Of a stretch of DNA of 64,000 nucleotides, positions 38,066-51,009 are shown piece by piece. A program made the translations under genes and the position numbers. The notes below the pieces were generated by a model. That model was not told the DNA's origin. It saw only the letters and a list, made by a program, of their open reading frames with translations, and made no database searches. The stretch is from Negaprion brevirostris (taxonomy: Eukaryota), in contig JARDVH010000132.1 in assembly GCA_030324005.1 (NCBI GenBank), positions 40,700,265 through 40,764,264 on the forward strand, read 5' to 3'. Within the stretch, counting starts at the first letter, position 1. Every line of letters starts with the position of its first letter.

Positions 38066-39984
38066 GTGAAACTCATGAGCATAATTCCACAATGCTAAGT
38101 CTTGTCCTGCTGGAAAATAGCATGTCAAAGGCAAACAGTTCTGGCATCAAGAGCCACGTAATGAGTTTGCTGAAATAATAAAAGCTCCTGGTCATGGGAA
38201 AAGTGTAACTTACTTATCCATAAATGTGCTTTCAAAATAAGCCACTGGGCCAAAAGTTGGATTGTGCTGAATCTGGGGCATGGTCCAGGTGTAGTACATG
38301 CTGCACATTCAAACAGGCAGGATCATGATGGATTGGGATGCTGGCTGAGACCCTATGATCTGTGCAGCAGAATTGGGGAAAACAAACAAAAGGGATGAGG
38401 CAAACAACGTTTGCTCCATCTAATTCCTCATTCAGGTACATAAAAAAAACTTTTAAGGTAACTTGTGGATAGTAGCCTCTAGTGACCTCTTTACAAAATG
38501 ATGAGTTGGGTGTTGTACGCCTGAAGAACAAGACCACGGGATGCTTGATACAAGTGACAAATAGTTAATGATAGAGAAACACTTTCACAAAAAAGCCCTG
38601 AAACAAGTGTTAGGTCCCTAGTTTGCATCAGCAATGAGTGTCGTGCCAGCAGTTTCAGTCAGGGTCATCTTAACCAGTGCTGATTTCAAAAACAGGTGCT
38701 CGAATTTCTTGGCCGCTGCATTTTAAACCATGTGCCTTTTGTAGTCATTTCCAATGCACATATAAAACACAGAATCAATACAACATAGCATTAACTGACA
38801 ACAAGCTCATTTGTAATCCAGTCAGATGTTTCAACATCATGCTGAGAAAAGCAGTTCAGTTAAAAGTAATTGTGATGTAGCTTATAACTCAATGGTCGCT
38901 TACGTACACAATTGTAGCACTGCTACTCATACTACAAAACTATATCAAAAATAAGCAGCATTACAATATACACTATTATAAATGATAATTGAAATTTAGC
39001 AAAACTTCTTATTTTGAGACACTGTTTGAAGTTTACATCCACAACTGATAAAACAATTTATTTCAAATACATGTCTCTCCTACTAAATTTTTAAAAATAT
39101 TCAGTTTCTTTCAACTTTGAAAGGATTATTTAACCAATCAATAAAGATCTGAAGGATTCAAAAAGTTTGGTCAGATTTTAAAGATAAATTACTTCTTGAA
39201 AATGTATCTCCAATTGAGAATCTTCTCCACACATCATGGACCAAGTCCGAATGTAACCTCATGATTGTCATGAATTACCCAGCACATATAAATGATCTAC
39301 TGCTCACTGATTTACACCAGAATTAATTAAAATAAACCAGTGTTCATGAACTGTCCAGATTATAAACTAGATCAAAACTTAGCCCACTGGACCTCAAAGA
39401 GTCTTCATACATTGTGTAGCCATAAACTGTAAAGCTATTCCGAAAGGGAGTTTGGAAGTGAAGGAGCAGCAGTGACCGCTTTCTTGCTGAACAAAGCAAA
39501 CCACAAATGGCAACTGTTATGATATAACATCGCACCAAACCATATATAAACATTAATCTCTGCATTATATTGTAATGGAACTGAATTGTTATTGGCCCAT
39601 AACACTAAGCAATGGGGATCAGCCTTCCTTACATGTTAAATAACAGATTACAATCCCTTCAAAGAAAATTTGTACATGGAATCTCAATTGTAATCTGCTG
39701 TATTACACAGAAGCACTGTATCCATTCCAATTGATTCAAGTTAGATTTTCATGAGCTCTTTTCTCAAACAGGGTGTCTACTAGAGTTGCCAATCTGCCAC
39801 TGAACTCAATTGTTGTACTTAACACCACTCATTCAGACTGACACCCTGTGCCTGACACCCTCTGCAGCTCGCTGATTGAAACATGTGCCCAAACCTTTGG
39901 TAACAGTATGAAGAATATAAAACTATAAGTGCGAGATGATTAATTTTGATAAGACAAACTTGAATATGGATTAGTGGGTCAATG

Positions 39985-40695
39985 GCAGGGTTCTGAGGAA
40001 TATGGAGGAACAGAGAGAGCTTGGGGTTCATATCCACAAATCTCTGAAGGTTGCTATTCAAGTGGATAGAGCTGTGAAGAAGGCTTTTAGTGTGTTAGCG
40101 TTTATTCACAGGAGGTTTGAGCTTAAGACCCATGGGGTTATGCTGCGACTATACAGGACCTTGGTGATACCACATTTGGAATATTGTGTGCTGCGCTGGT
40201 CACCTCACTATAAGAAGGTTGTGGAAGCATTGGAGAGAGGAGATTTACCAGGATGCTGCCTGGTTTGGAGGGTGGGTCTTATGAGGAAAGGTTGAGGGAG
40301 CTGGGGCTTTTCTCTTTAGAGCAGAGGAGGATCAAAGCCGACTTAATAGAGGTTTATAAGATGATGAGGGGGATAGATAGAGTGGACGTGCGGAGAATAT
40401 TTCCTTGTGGATGTAGCTGTTACAAGGAGGCATAACTTTAAGATTCATGGTGGGAGATATAGGAGGGATGTCCAAGGTACATTATTCACTCAGAGAGTGG
40501 TGGAATGTAGAATACACTGCCTGCTGCGATAGTGGAGTCAGACACTTTAGGAAGTTTCAAGCCGTTATTGATAGGCACATGGAGCACACCAGAATGACAG
40601 GGAGTGGGATAGCTTGATCTTAGGATTGGACATAGTTCGGCACAGCACTGAGGGCCAAAGGGCCTGTACTGTGCTGTATTATTCTATGTTTCTAT
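39985..40695 (+). mobile_element. CR1 3' portion
   Basis: ELGVHIHKSLKV...LYRTLVIPHLEYCV...YEERLRELGLFSLEQRR, with CR1 tail. Confidence 0.92.
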
Positions 40696-41321
40696 GTAAA
40701 TGCACCACTGTGTCTATCTCCAGTGGAAGTGTACAAGTCAACATTTAGTATTCAGTGCATTGATGGTCCCCCTGAATGGAAAAAAAAACTACAACTAAAC
40801 GACTCTGGGCTGATCGGTATTTTTATGGGGAGTTTGATGTGTTGATGAATGAAAAGTGAACTGAAGGCGATGCTACTGGGTTTAGATCGAAGTAGAAGGG
40901 GGGAGTCTGATGTGGTGCATCAAAACTAGGAAACCAGAAAGAAAAGTGGATCAGTTGGGATGAATGGCCTGATTCTGTGCAGTAACATTTCTGAAACTTT
41001 CCAGTCCGTCCCCCTGAGTTATTTGAGAAAACAATTGTGTTCACCTCTCCTCCAAGCTGGAAGTCAAAAATGGAAACATTTAAAATCAAAATCGAAGCAC
41101 ACTTTCCTGATATCTAACCAGCGGTTTCACTGTCTCCAGAATTTTCCAGTTTATTGACATTTATTGTACATTTTCTGCAGATCCAAATCCGCGGGAACCG
41201 GTCGTCTCTGTCCTCCTGCCCNNNNNNNNNNNNNNNNNNNNNNNNNNNNNNNNNNNNNNNNNNNNNNNNNNNNNNNNNNNNNNNNNNNNNNNNNNNNNNN
41301 NNNNNNNNNNNNNNNNNNNNN

Positions 41322-41468
41322 TAGGAACTTTCAAGCGGTTATTGGATAGGCACATGGAGCACACCAGAATGATAGGGAGTGGGATAGCTTGATCTTGGAT
41401 TCGAACATAGCTCGGCACAACATCGAGGGCCGAAGGGCCTGTACTGTGCTGTACTGTTCTATGTTCTA
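41322..41468 (+). mobile_element. CR1 3' tail (young), same subfamily as 40548-40695
   Basis: GGCACAACATCGAGGGCCGAAGGGCCTGTACTGTGCTGTACTGTTCTATGTTCTA. Confidence 0.88.
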
Positions 41469-42184
41469 ACAGTAGTGGATTGGTTACTCTCTCAAACTTG
41501 GTTGGAATAACTACTCTAACGCTCAAAACCTAGAAGACTCCACCCCTATAATTCACAAAGCTAGAAGGATGATTTGCACAGGGTGTGAAAATGTTACAGT
41601 TTCACTTAAAAATGTAAGTACAATTTGATGTGCTCTTGTTTGTTAAGCTAATTATTTAAAGTTAAAGCTATTGTCCCATTTATTGGAGTCATGGTTTGCA
41701 TATGGGAGTAATTATGCCATCTCCTAATAATAAATGTATTGTACTCTTCTATTCACTGTTGCAGTGCTTCATGAGCACAGATTTCTTTTAAAAAACAGTA
41801 GTTGAGAAGTTAGCAGCCACAATAGTTATGAAAAATCCTAGTCTGAATGGAGTCCAGCATCGTCACCCCTCCACAGACGGTTTGAATTCTTTAGAATGCT
41901 TCCTTCAACTGCTATCTGATTTACAGTTCAGATTTAACTTTTTGTTTTCCTAATCATAGAACTAGCCTACATTTAGAAAAGGAAAACACTGCGGACTTTG
42001 GAAATCAGAAAAAAATTTAGATATGTCATTGAGGTAAATTGCCAATTCTGCTCCTCCGTCCACAAATGCACAGTGAACCTTACAAATGTTCTGGTCAACA
42101 GCAAGATCAATGGTTGAGTAGGTAGAGAAAGATAGTCGTGTGGATGCTTTGAGGTTGCAGAACTGAAACGTGCAATTTAAAGGA

Positions 42185-42215
<31 letters not shown>

Positions 42216-42216
42216 C
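42185..42216. repeat. (CA)n microsatellite
   Basis: Interrupted CA run. Confidence 0.9.
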
Positions 42217-42646
42217 GGCTTTATAAAGTTTAGGATTTGAACTATGACATGTGGAGAAGATCTAAAGTCAAAGAACACTTTTTTGCTGATTACAGTTCCA
42301 GAATGTGTACAGAGAATATTCAGAGAGAATTGTAGCAGGCTAGTGCAAGTAAATTCCAAGAGGATTTTTTTATATCAAATTACAAACTGTAGCAATATCA
42401 TACTAACAAAATGAATTTTAATTTGAATGAAAGTAATACATTAGCAACCTGTATGCTAATTATCTAATCCTTCAAATGGACAATCTTAATTCCTCCTTCT
42501 GTTGCATTTCAGTAAGAAAAAAATAGCAAATGCAAATAGTTAAACGTTCAACGAGTGAAAATCCGCCTGCTGAAGCTACTTAATCAGTGAGAGCTAATGC
42601 AAAGGTTACATAATTTAGGCACATACACATTAACTTCTGTACTCAC

Positions 42647-42713
42647 TCTGTAGAGTTAGAACGTGGTCTAAATTTCCTTCCTTTGTTTTTCTTTCGGTTG
42701 GCTCCTAAATTCC
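42647..42713 (-). CDS. ADAM22: ADAM22 exon: (G)NLGANRKKNKGRKFRPRSNST(E)
   Basis: attttcttcag|GG ... ACAGA|gtgagt, 67 nt. Second RPRSNS motif. Confidence 0.95.
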
Positions 42714-44309
42714 CTGAAGAAAATAAATCAGGAAAAGTNNNNNNNNNNNNNNNNNNNNNNNNNNNNNNNNNNNNNNNNNNNNNNNNNNNNNNNNNNNNNN
42801 NNNNNNNNNNNNNNNNNNNNNNNNNNNNNNNNNNNNNNTACCTCACACTTTTCCACATTAAACTCCATCCGCCACCTCTCGGCCCAGCTCTGCAACTTGT
42901 CCAAGTCAATCCCCAGAAAATATTATTCATGTATATGTCAAGTCCCTACTTTATTCCTTGAAAATTTGGTCAAAAACTCTACTTTTACATGAGCATATAC
43001 TGTAATTTTTGCTTTGGTTTTGGTCTGGTGTGATGTCTGCAGTACTTATCAAGTGACCTGTTGATACACAAAGGTCAGAAATGGCGATTAACTGCAAGTT
43101 ACTGAAAAATACTCCAGAAAACTAACAAGAAATTTTGTGTTAAGTCTAAACACTGCATAACCCCAGATTTAGTCATCATGGTTCAAGCATGTTTATCTTA
43201 ATTTATGTATGTGTCACTCTCTCATCTGAATCTGCTACTTATACCAAGGTCGGGAGCTTGTGTTTGCATGTTAGCGCTCAATAAACATTCCTGCCAGAAA
43301 AGGGAGAAGGATGATTATTATTTCTTTAAGTATTCATATTCAATTCTAACATTATGTGCATTGTGCCATGAGACAATTGTGGAAATACAGTTTTGGTTAT
43401 GTGCAATTACATACTGTGAATTTGTTTACTTGCACAGCCAGTTACAAAGAAGGTCTTATTTATATATCCTGTTCTGTGACTTCAGAATATCCCAGTGAAG
43501 TCCTTTAGATTTTTAGCCACTGCTGTAATGATTGTGTCTTTAAGCAGCTTGGCATTATGCTGAAGAGCAAAACCAAACTGTAGTAGGCTATTGCCCATAC
43601 CATCCTGCTGTCTGGTGTAGATTACTTGACCTCTCAGCGCCACATCAAAGCTTGAGAGCAGTTGCACCAAAATAATGAGAATTTGAGGGGACGTATTACA
43701 AACAATGAGGTCCTTTATCATGCAAGGCTCAAGACTGTTGACACTCAACGTCAGTGTTAACCACGCAGCCAATCTTTGTGTCCTCTGCAAATTTACCTCA
43801 ACAAAGTCATTTTATCGATTTTAGCCAACGCCTCCGATACCTTGTCCTTCCCTTAATCAATTTGCTCAAGAACCTCTCAGTCTCTCTCCCTGAATTCCAT
43901 ACCTTCACCCTCATTCTGTTGGGTGAAGGTGGATGTGAAGTATTTGTTCACCACTCTACCAATGTCCTCTGACTCCACCCACAGATTGGTCCCTGATGGC
44001 CCTATTCTTTCCTGGTTATCCTCTTCCCAATGGTATATTTATGGAATATCTTGGGATTTTTATACCAGTCAGATTTTTCTCATAACCCTTTTTGCCTTCC
44101 TAATTGCTTTCTTAAACTCAACCTGCACTACTTGTACTTTACTAATGCCTCTGCTGATTTGCCCCCTTGTACCTGCTAAAAGCGTTTCTTTTCCTTCTCA
44201 TCCTGTTGATCTTGCATTGGACTCTTGTGTGTGAACCTCCAGACAATGAAATTACTGACAATTACATTCATTATTTGAATGTGTTTATCACGAGAGCTGC
44301 AATGAAAAG

Positions 44310-44565
44310 TTTTTTAAATTAAAGTTAATTTATTAGTGACATGAATAGGCTTACATTAACACTGCAATGAAGTTACTGGGAACATCCCTGAGTTGCCACA
44401 CACTGGTGCCTGTCCGGGAGGAATTTAGCATGGCCAATGTATCTAACCAGCACATCTTTCGGACTGTGGGAGGAAACCCATGCAGACGTAGGGAGAACGT
44501 GCAGATTCCACATGGACAGTGACCCAAGTCCCTAAGTGCTTGTGGCAGCAGTGCTAACCACTATG
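44310..44565 (-). mobile_element. HE1-related SINE
   Basis: AATTTAGCATGGCCAAT...TTTCGGACTGTGGGAGGAAACC...GCAGCAGTGCTAACCACT is the reverse complement of the SINE body and head. Confidence 0.8.
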
Positions 44566-46089
44566 GAAGCACACCAGGATATTTGTGCACCATTAGGTCC
44601 ATGAGGAGCAGTGAGATTAATGGCTAGATAATGCATTTTGTGGCTTTGATTGAGGGATAACTACTGACTCGGACACAATATACCGCTTAATAATATTAGT
44701 TGATGGATAAATGTTGACCAGAATTCTGGGGAAAATTCCTCTGCTGTTTCTTTATATCCATTTGGGAGGACAACAGGTCACTTGTTTTAATATCTAACCC
44801 AAAAGACAGAGTCAGAGTAGATTATGATAGGTGAGAGGCCTCCAAGAGTCAAGAATGGCAGTCAGTTAACACATGAAAATTGCACGAGATTAAATCAAAT
44901 AGTGAGATCTGTTCTAGGGTTGGGACTTAAAACCAATGCATTAACCCTATTTAAGGAAACTTTTTCAATTATACTTCATTTTTATAATTTGGTATTGTCA
45001 CTTTTATATTGTCACTTTCAGGACAGTGCCAAACTATTTAAAGCAGATTAGTTTAATAAATGCTTTGAAGCCTATTCATTGTGATAGCTTAAGATTAAAT
45101 ATTTAGTAATTGTGAATGAAATTCCCCTGGTTGTACACATGGAAAGAAAATAAGTTTCTCTGGAAAAATATGCTTTCATACAATACAGTGTCTCAAATCC
45201 ACCTGCTGAAAAACAGAAGTTCTCGCATCAAATTTAATTGAGTGAAATAAAAAAACTTACCCTGACAATATGGCTAGTTCTTGCAGTGGTACAGTGAGGG
45301 TACCTGACAAGTTATCACCTTTGCTGCTTGCGCACCAATCTGTTCCTAGACTGAGTGTGTCACTTGACCCCACCTGAGTTGGCTGGATCTGAACCACCCA
45401 ACATCAAATCTGGCAAGATCCAAAATCTGCCATGGCCTCGGTCCTGAGGTTGCTGGTTTTGAGACACTGTACCTGTATTAATGTAGGTGGTATGGATATG
45501 GACATTGCTAGAAAGAATAGCATTGCCCATCCCTAGTTTCCCTTGAAGGTTGTGTTAGCCACCTTGAAGCACTGCAGTGTGTATGCTGGAAGTACTCCAA
45601 CTGAGTTGGGTAAAGAATTCCAGGATTTTGAAGGAGTGATGTTGAAGGAGCGAGGGTACATTTGCCCCCTTGCCCAGGAGGTTGAAAATGGTAGACTTTC
45701 ACTTATAATTAGTCATTGCTAGGACTTGTGTCATGCAACGATTACGTGCCACGTAAGCTTAGATATTGTTGAGATCCTGCTGCATGCGGACTGAGAAAAA
45801 TACTTTCCACCCACTCTATTTGCTTATCTCTGATTTTTTTTTTACAAATCTGTTTGTGATGTTGTAGTTTTATACTTGTTAATAATCATTGATCACTTAC
45901 TTGCTATCTAGAAACAAAATGATATGATAAAAATACAGTAACGTCCCTATTATTAAAATCGTAGAATCCTGGAAGTTACATCATGGAAGGAGGGCCTATA
46001 TTGTCTTTGCTGGCTGGCTATAGTCATCTAACCATTACCCTGTTCAGCTATTAGGCTATTTTCTCTTCTTTCCAATATTTATCTAAATT

Positions 46090-46502
46090 TCTTACCAGGC
46101 CAGCAAATCCAAACTCTCTCGTGTCTGCCCCTCAGGCCTGGTGCCATCTCAACATCTCACTGGATCAAGTTGCCCAAAAACAGGTTTTCAGCTGAGTATA
46201 TTTTTTCTTTAGACTTCAATTAAAACTGAATGCTCATCATGACCCATTTTATCCTCATCACCAATGTAATGCTGCACACTATAGACTTCATCAGGAACAT
46301 AGAGTATTTATTAGCAGGGAAACACTTATACAGAGGCAAGCAGCCTCACCGGCTGCCCAGCAGAGGCCAGTTGCTCTAGCTCCTACAGGTCTACTAAATG
46401 CCTTCAGACTGCCTTCTGCCTAAGAAAGGTCTCCACCCACAGGGATGATTACCCACTCTTAGTTCCAGTTAGTACCCCTACTGCTGTGGGACAATCACCA
46501 CA
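46090..46502 (-). mobile_element. LTR (46265-46502) with PBS-like site and short internal remnant
   Basis: TGTGGTGATTGT...ATTACA on -, with internal AATAAA, followed by TTGGTGATGAGGAT (CpG-decayed TGGCGACGAGG). Confidence 0.6.
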
Positions 46503-47013
46503 CCTAGTTTACTCAATCTTCACACCAAATTAAAATCTCACAAGTCAAAATAGAAACACAGACACTAGAAACAGGAATAGGCCATTCATCCTTTGAGCCT
46601 GCTCTGCCATTCGTTTTGATCATGGCTGATCATCAAATTCAATATCCTGATTCTCCCCTTGCCCCCATATCCCATGATCCCATACATAAACATTAACACG
46701 GAAAGAAATATCTCTCATTTTTTGTTGTACTATTTTGAATATAATGTGCTTCTACATACTCAGGGCTTCAAATTGTTAGTTGTTCTTCCACCTTTCAGAA
46801 CTGAATCTGGAGTATTTAGGTGTGTGGTGAGTCTAGATTATCTACTATCACCATTGTTCTTTAACATTTAACAGAAGTCACGATAAAAGAAGCACTATCT
46901 GAAATGCAGAAAGGTGCTATTAAAGTAGGAGGTCAGTTAGTGAAGATAATGAGACTTGCAGATGACCAGGCCCCTTATGCTAATACAGACTCCCTCTGAA
47001 GAGGGAGAGGGAG

Positions 47014-47292
47014 AACATAGAACATAGAACATTACAGCGCAGAACAGGCCCTTCGGCCCACGATGTTGCGCCGACCAGCTTCTAAAAANNNNNNNNNNNN
47101 NNNNNNNNNNNNNNNNNNNNNNNNNNNNNNNNNNNNNNNNNNNNNNNNNNNNNNNNNNNNNNNNNNNNNNNNNNNNNNNNNNNNNNNNCACCACCCTCTG
47201 TCTCCTATCCGCTAGCCAATTCCTGATCCAAGTACCTAGATTACCCCCAATCCCATACATCTGCAATTTCTGCAGAAGCCTACCATGGTGAA
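47014..47292 (-). mobile_element. Young CR1 insertion spanning a gap
   Basis: AGAACATAGAACATAGAACA tail, and GRLLQKLQMYGIGGNLGTWIRNWLADRRQRVV RT peptide. Confidence 0.9.
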
Positions 47293-47784
47293 TGACGACA
47301 TCAGACAACTTGAAATTGAAAAGCTCCTATGAGCAGTTGAAGAGGAAAGTATAAGATCATGAGGTGCAAAAAAATGAGTAGGGGAGTTGTCCATAGGGAG
47401 ATCACCACTACCACTGCTATACTTCTCCACAAGTTAGTATTTTGCTTCCAATATGAAAGAGGGCCACTTAGCTACAGGCTGTAAATGGTTCTCCTACAGC
47501 AACCTGCTCCAGCATTCTTTCCAGTTCTGTATATTGAGTCAAGCAACTAAATTGTATGAGATTATCTAAATGAAAATGTTTAATAAAGGGTAACTCACAG
47601 TGATATTTGTTTTTCAACATCTCTGCTTTACCTAACCTGTGAATAGGAACTCCACATCTTCTGTTAGTTTGAATAATATCAAAAGACTTCTATTGGGTGC
47701 ACAGCCTATGCTCTCCAGTTTCCCTCATATTTTGAGGATACCATCATGATTGTGCAACCATGCATTATGCATGAGCCTTGGGTC

Positions 47785-48310
47785 AGAGGTAGTACTCTTT
47801 TTTTGGCATGTCAGCTACAATGCTCACCAACTTTTACAGATGCACCATAGAAAGCATTCTTTCTGGTTGTATCACAGCGTGGTATGGGTTCTGCTCTGCC
47901 CAAGACGGCAAGAAACTAGAGTAAAGATCATGAATGAAGCTCAATCCATCTCGCAAACCAGCCTCCCATCCATTGACTCTGTCCACACTTCCCGCTGCCT
48001 TGGCAAAGCAACCAGCATAATTAAGGACCCCACACACTCTGGACATTCTCTCTTCCACCTTCTTCCGTCAGAAAAAAAGCTGAAGTTACATACCAACCAA
48101 CTCAAGAACAGCTTCTTACCTGCTGCTATCAGACTTTAGAATGGATCTACCTTAACTAAGCTAATTTTTCTCTCCCCCAGCTACGACTGTAACTCTACAT
48201 TCTGCACCCTCTTGTTACCTTCTCTATGAACGATATCTTTGTCAGTACAGCGTGCAAGAAACAATACTTTTCACTGTACGTGACAATAATAAATCAAATC
48301 AAATCAAAAT
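47785..48310 (+). mobile_element. Rex1/Babar-type LINE 3' portion
   Basis: YRCTIESILSGCITAWYG...SIIKDPTHSGHSLFHLLPS...KNSFLPAAIRL, with tail AATAAATCAAATCAAATCAAA. Same family as 21330-22085. Confidence 0.85.
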
Positions 48311-49223
48311 CACTCTGAGTCACAACACTGTGATTTTAAGAGCCACTCCCTGAGATTTAAACATATTATCTGGATTCACACTTCAGTAATGCTGCACTGA
48401 CTTACGGATGAGGAATTAATCCACTCCACAATGAAATGCCTTCTCAGGTGGATGTAAAAAAAATCTCATGACACTATTTTGAAGAAGGACAGAAGCATAT
48501 CCCTTGTATCTTGGTTCACACACATTCCATGGGTATAAAGCACTTTGGGATGTCTTGAAGTTATGAAAGGTGTTGCAAGAATTCAACCTCTTCCTTTATG
48601 CATAATAATTACGTCAGGAAGTAAACAATTTGAATGAGATGGATGCAGATGTGATAAAACCTAGATTAACTAAGATTTAAATTACTAATCAAGAGTTAAT
48701 CCGAATTAATTTCTTCATTGCTTGTCAATCCTAAATTTAGATATGATGGGTTAAGGTCGTGCATCTGGCAGATGACATTTAACACTGATGATGCAATGCT
48801 ATTCACATGGGCACAGCTAATGCCACACTTATATATATCAGGCAGGATTCCAAACTAATTTCTGGTGCACTAGTCTCCAAGTACACATGACTGATAGCAA
48901 GTGGCATTGGTGTGCATAATCTAAGTTGACTGAAAGGGTGCTGCACTCTGAGAGCCTTTCCTTCAGATAAGATGGTAAAATAAGTTTCCACTTAAACTCT
49001 TAAGTGGATATAAACAATCCCACTATCAGAAATACAGAGGAGATTTCCTAACGTCCAGGCTGGCACTGATCTCCCAACCAGCACTACCAGAACAGAAACA
49101 CCATGATATCTGTGGGACCTTGTCATGTGCAAAATTGGCTCCTGCATTTTCCTACATTGACTTACACTTTGAATATTATTCTTCCACATTCTTCATTATA
49201 TTACATACATATAAATAACACTA

Positions 49224-49334
<111 letters not shown>

Positions 49335-50898
49335 TTAAAAGTACATTTGAGGTAATCCTTCACTTCGACCCTACAGTGAAATGCCAGATTGTTTTCTGGC
49401 TTCCCTGAGCGAGTGTACTAAGATACCAAGGCAGACATGTTGCTGTATCTGTTTTAGTATACTACCACAAAAATTTAAATGAGCAAACTTGCATGATTTA
49501 GCCGAAGGAACAGCCTTTGGAGTGAGGACCGTTGTGCGCTTACCTTGCTGCATGCAGTTCATTACACTATAGCTGATTCACAAGCACAAGTCACCTGAGA
49601 GCATGTGTGCAAAGTCGCAGAGTGCTATGCACATTCACAATTTCCCCTTGTGTGCTCTGTATTATTGTTTACAAGAGCTCATTTTGTTTTTATTATTAAG
49701 GGCCACGTCGGCCTACATTCATGGCCATTTCAGGGTCTGTACAAGGGAGGAACAAATGCACAGCAGCACTCCTGAGGTAATTGTGTATGTCGCACATTTT
49801 TCCACATTAAATCCTTTTGAGTGCAATTGTCCCTCCTAAATGTCCATTTTTGTTTCCTCAGGAATGGATAACAGCAGATTTAGATACAAACTTTCAACGT
49901 CTGGCGTGAGGGCCTATACCGCGAGCCTAGATATCCTCATCAACGTACAGGCCTTAGCCAATCAGCAGTATCTGCTTTACTCATGCGTAGTTTGTAGGAT
50001 CGATCTGGAATAGCAAAATGCAAAGCGCTGGCCCATGGAGGTGCAACACAGGACACTGATCAGCGAACCTGGCATGTGTTTTGTGGATACAGTGACTGGG
50101 CATGCTGAGAGTGAGTCCAAACAAAAATTGCAGGAAAATAAATACTAGAGAAAATCACACCCTAGTAGCTGTCAATTACTTACTGTTTCTGTGTTCGGTG
50201 CTCCACTTCAGATTGTATGTGTGTTTTTTTTCTTACCATTAACCATTTTTCCTAGGTTTTCAGCATCCTACCTCAGTTTCTCTTTGAACTTCAAATCAGT
50301 TTGAGTGACCCAGTAGTTAGGTCTTTCCAGCCTGTACTCTGCACTGCCAGAAAATGGACTAAGCCAGTTTCTTTTCAAGGCTTAAGAATTCAGCCTCAAA
50401 AACTGTGCAGGGAATTCAAGAGCCTTGGATGATGTCAGTTGTCACTTGAGAGGAGGGAAGTGAATCTTAGAAAAAAATGGAAGGTTACAAAAAATGCCTG
50501 AATCCTTCTCTCTACAAGCCTGAGGAGTTTTGTTGAGGCAACAACGTTATGAGTACCACTGCTATACAGGGTCTCATCTCAACACAGCTTGTATATCACA
50601 TTGCTACTTCTGGAAAGCAAAACTGGTCGATAAAATAAAAACACCAGCCCTTCCAATATGCCTTCCACCTTCCCTCAAGCCAGGTGCAGATTTTCCGGTG
50701 CCCGTGTTAAAGTGGATCTAATTTGGAACTGGACACAAAACCAGCTTTTGCATTAGTACCCCAAACACACAGGGGGAAATTGGGTTAAAATGGGTGAAAG
50801 CTCAAGCTCCATATAATGTTTGCTTTACTCTATTTGCTATGTAATTAACTCAATCTGCTTGTTGCTTGTAAAAGAATAGGTTAAAAATAAATGCAGAC

Positions 50899-51009
50899 CT
50901 TTTCTTAGAACTAGATGCTGAATAGTTTGAGCTGACTCCAGGAGGTATGTCACTATAGAAAGAGTCAGCTTCCCCAGGCTTTTTGACATAGTCTCCTTGT
51001 GGCATTTGC
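50899..51009 (-). CDS. ADAM22: ADAM22 cytoplasmic exon: (R)[36 protein letters not shown](R)
   Basis: actgtttgtag|G ... AAAAG|gtctgc, 111 nt, phase 2-2. Near-identical to human [26 protein letters not shown]. Confidence 0.96.

Noticed and set aside
42083-42161. Acceptor/donor pair on - after the (TG)n tract
   Set aside because: 79 nt, frameshifting, with no other support.
45261-45472. Consensus donor CAGG|gtaagt on - with upstream AGs
   Set aside because: The 43-nt option shifts frame and the 212-nt option contains TGA. Pyrimidine tracts are poor.
49544-49594. Donor CAAG|gtaagc with a 51-nt candidate exon
   Set aside because: Immediate TGA in phase 2, and the other acceptors do not preserve frame. 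Cannot be distinguished from noise.
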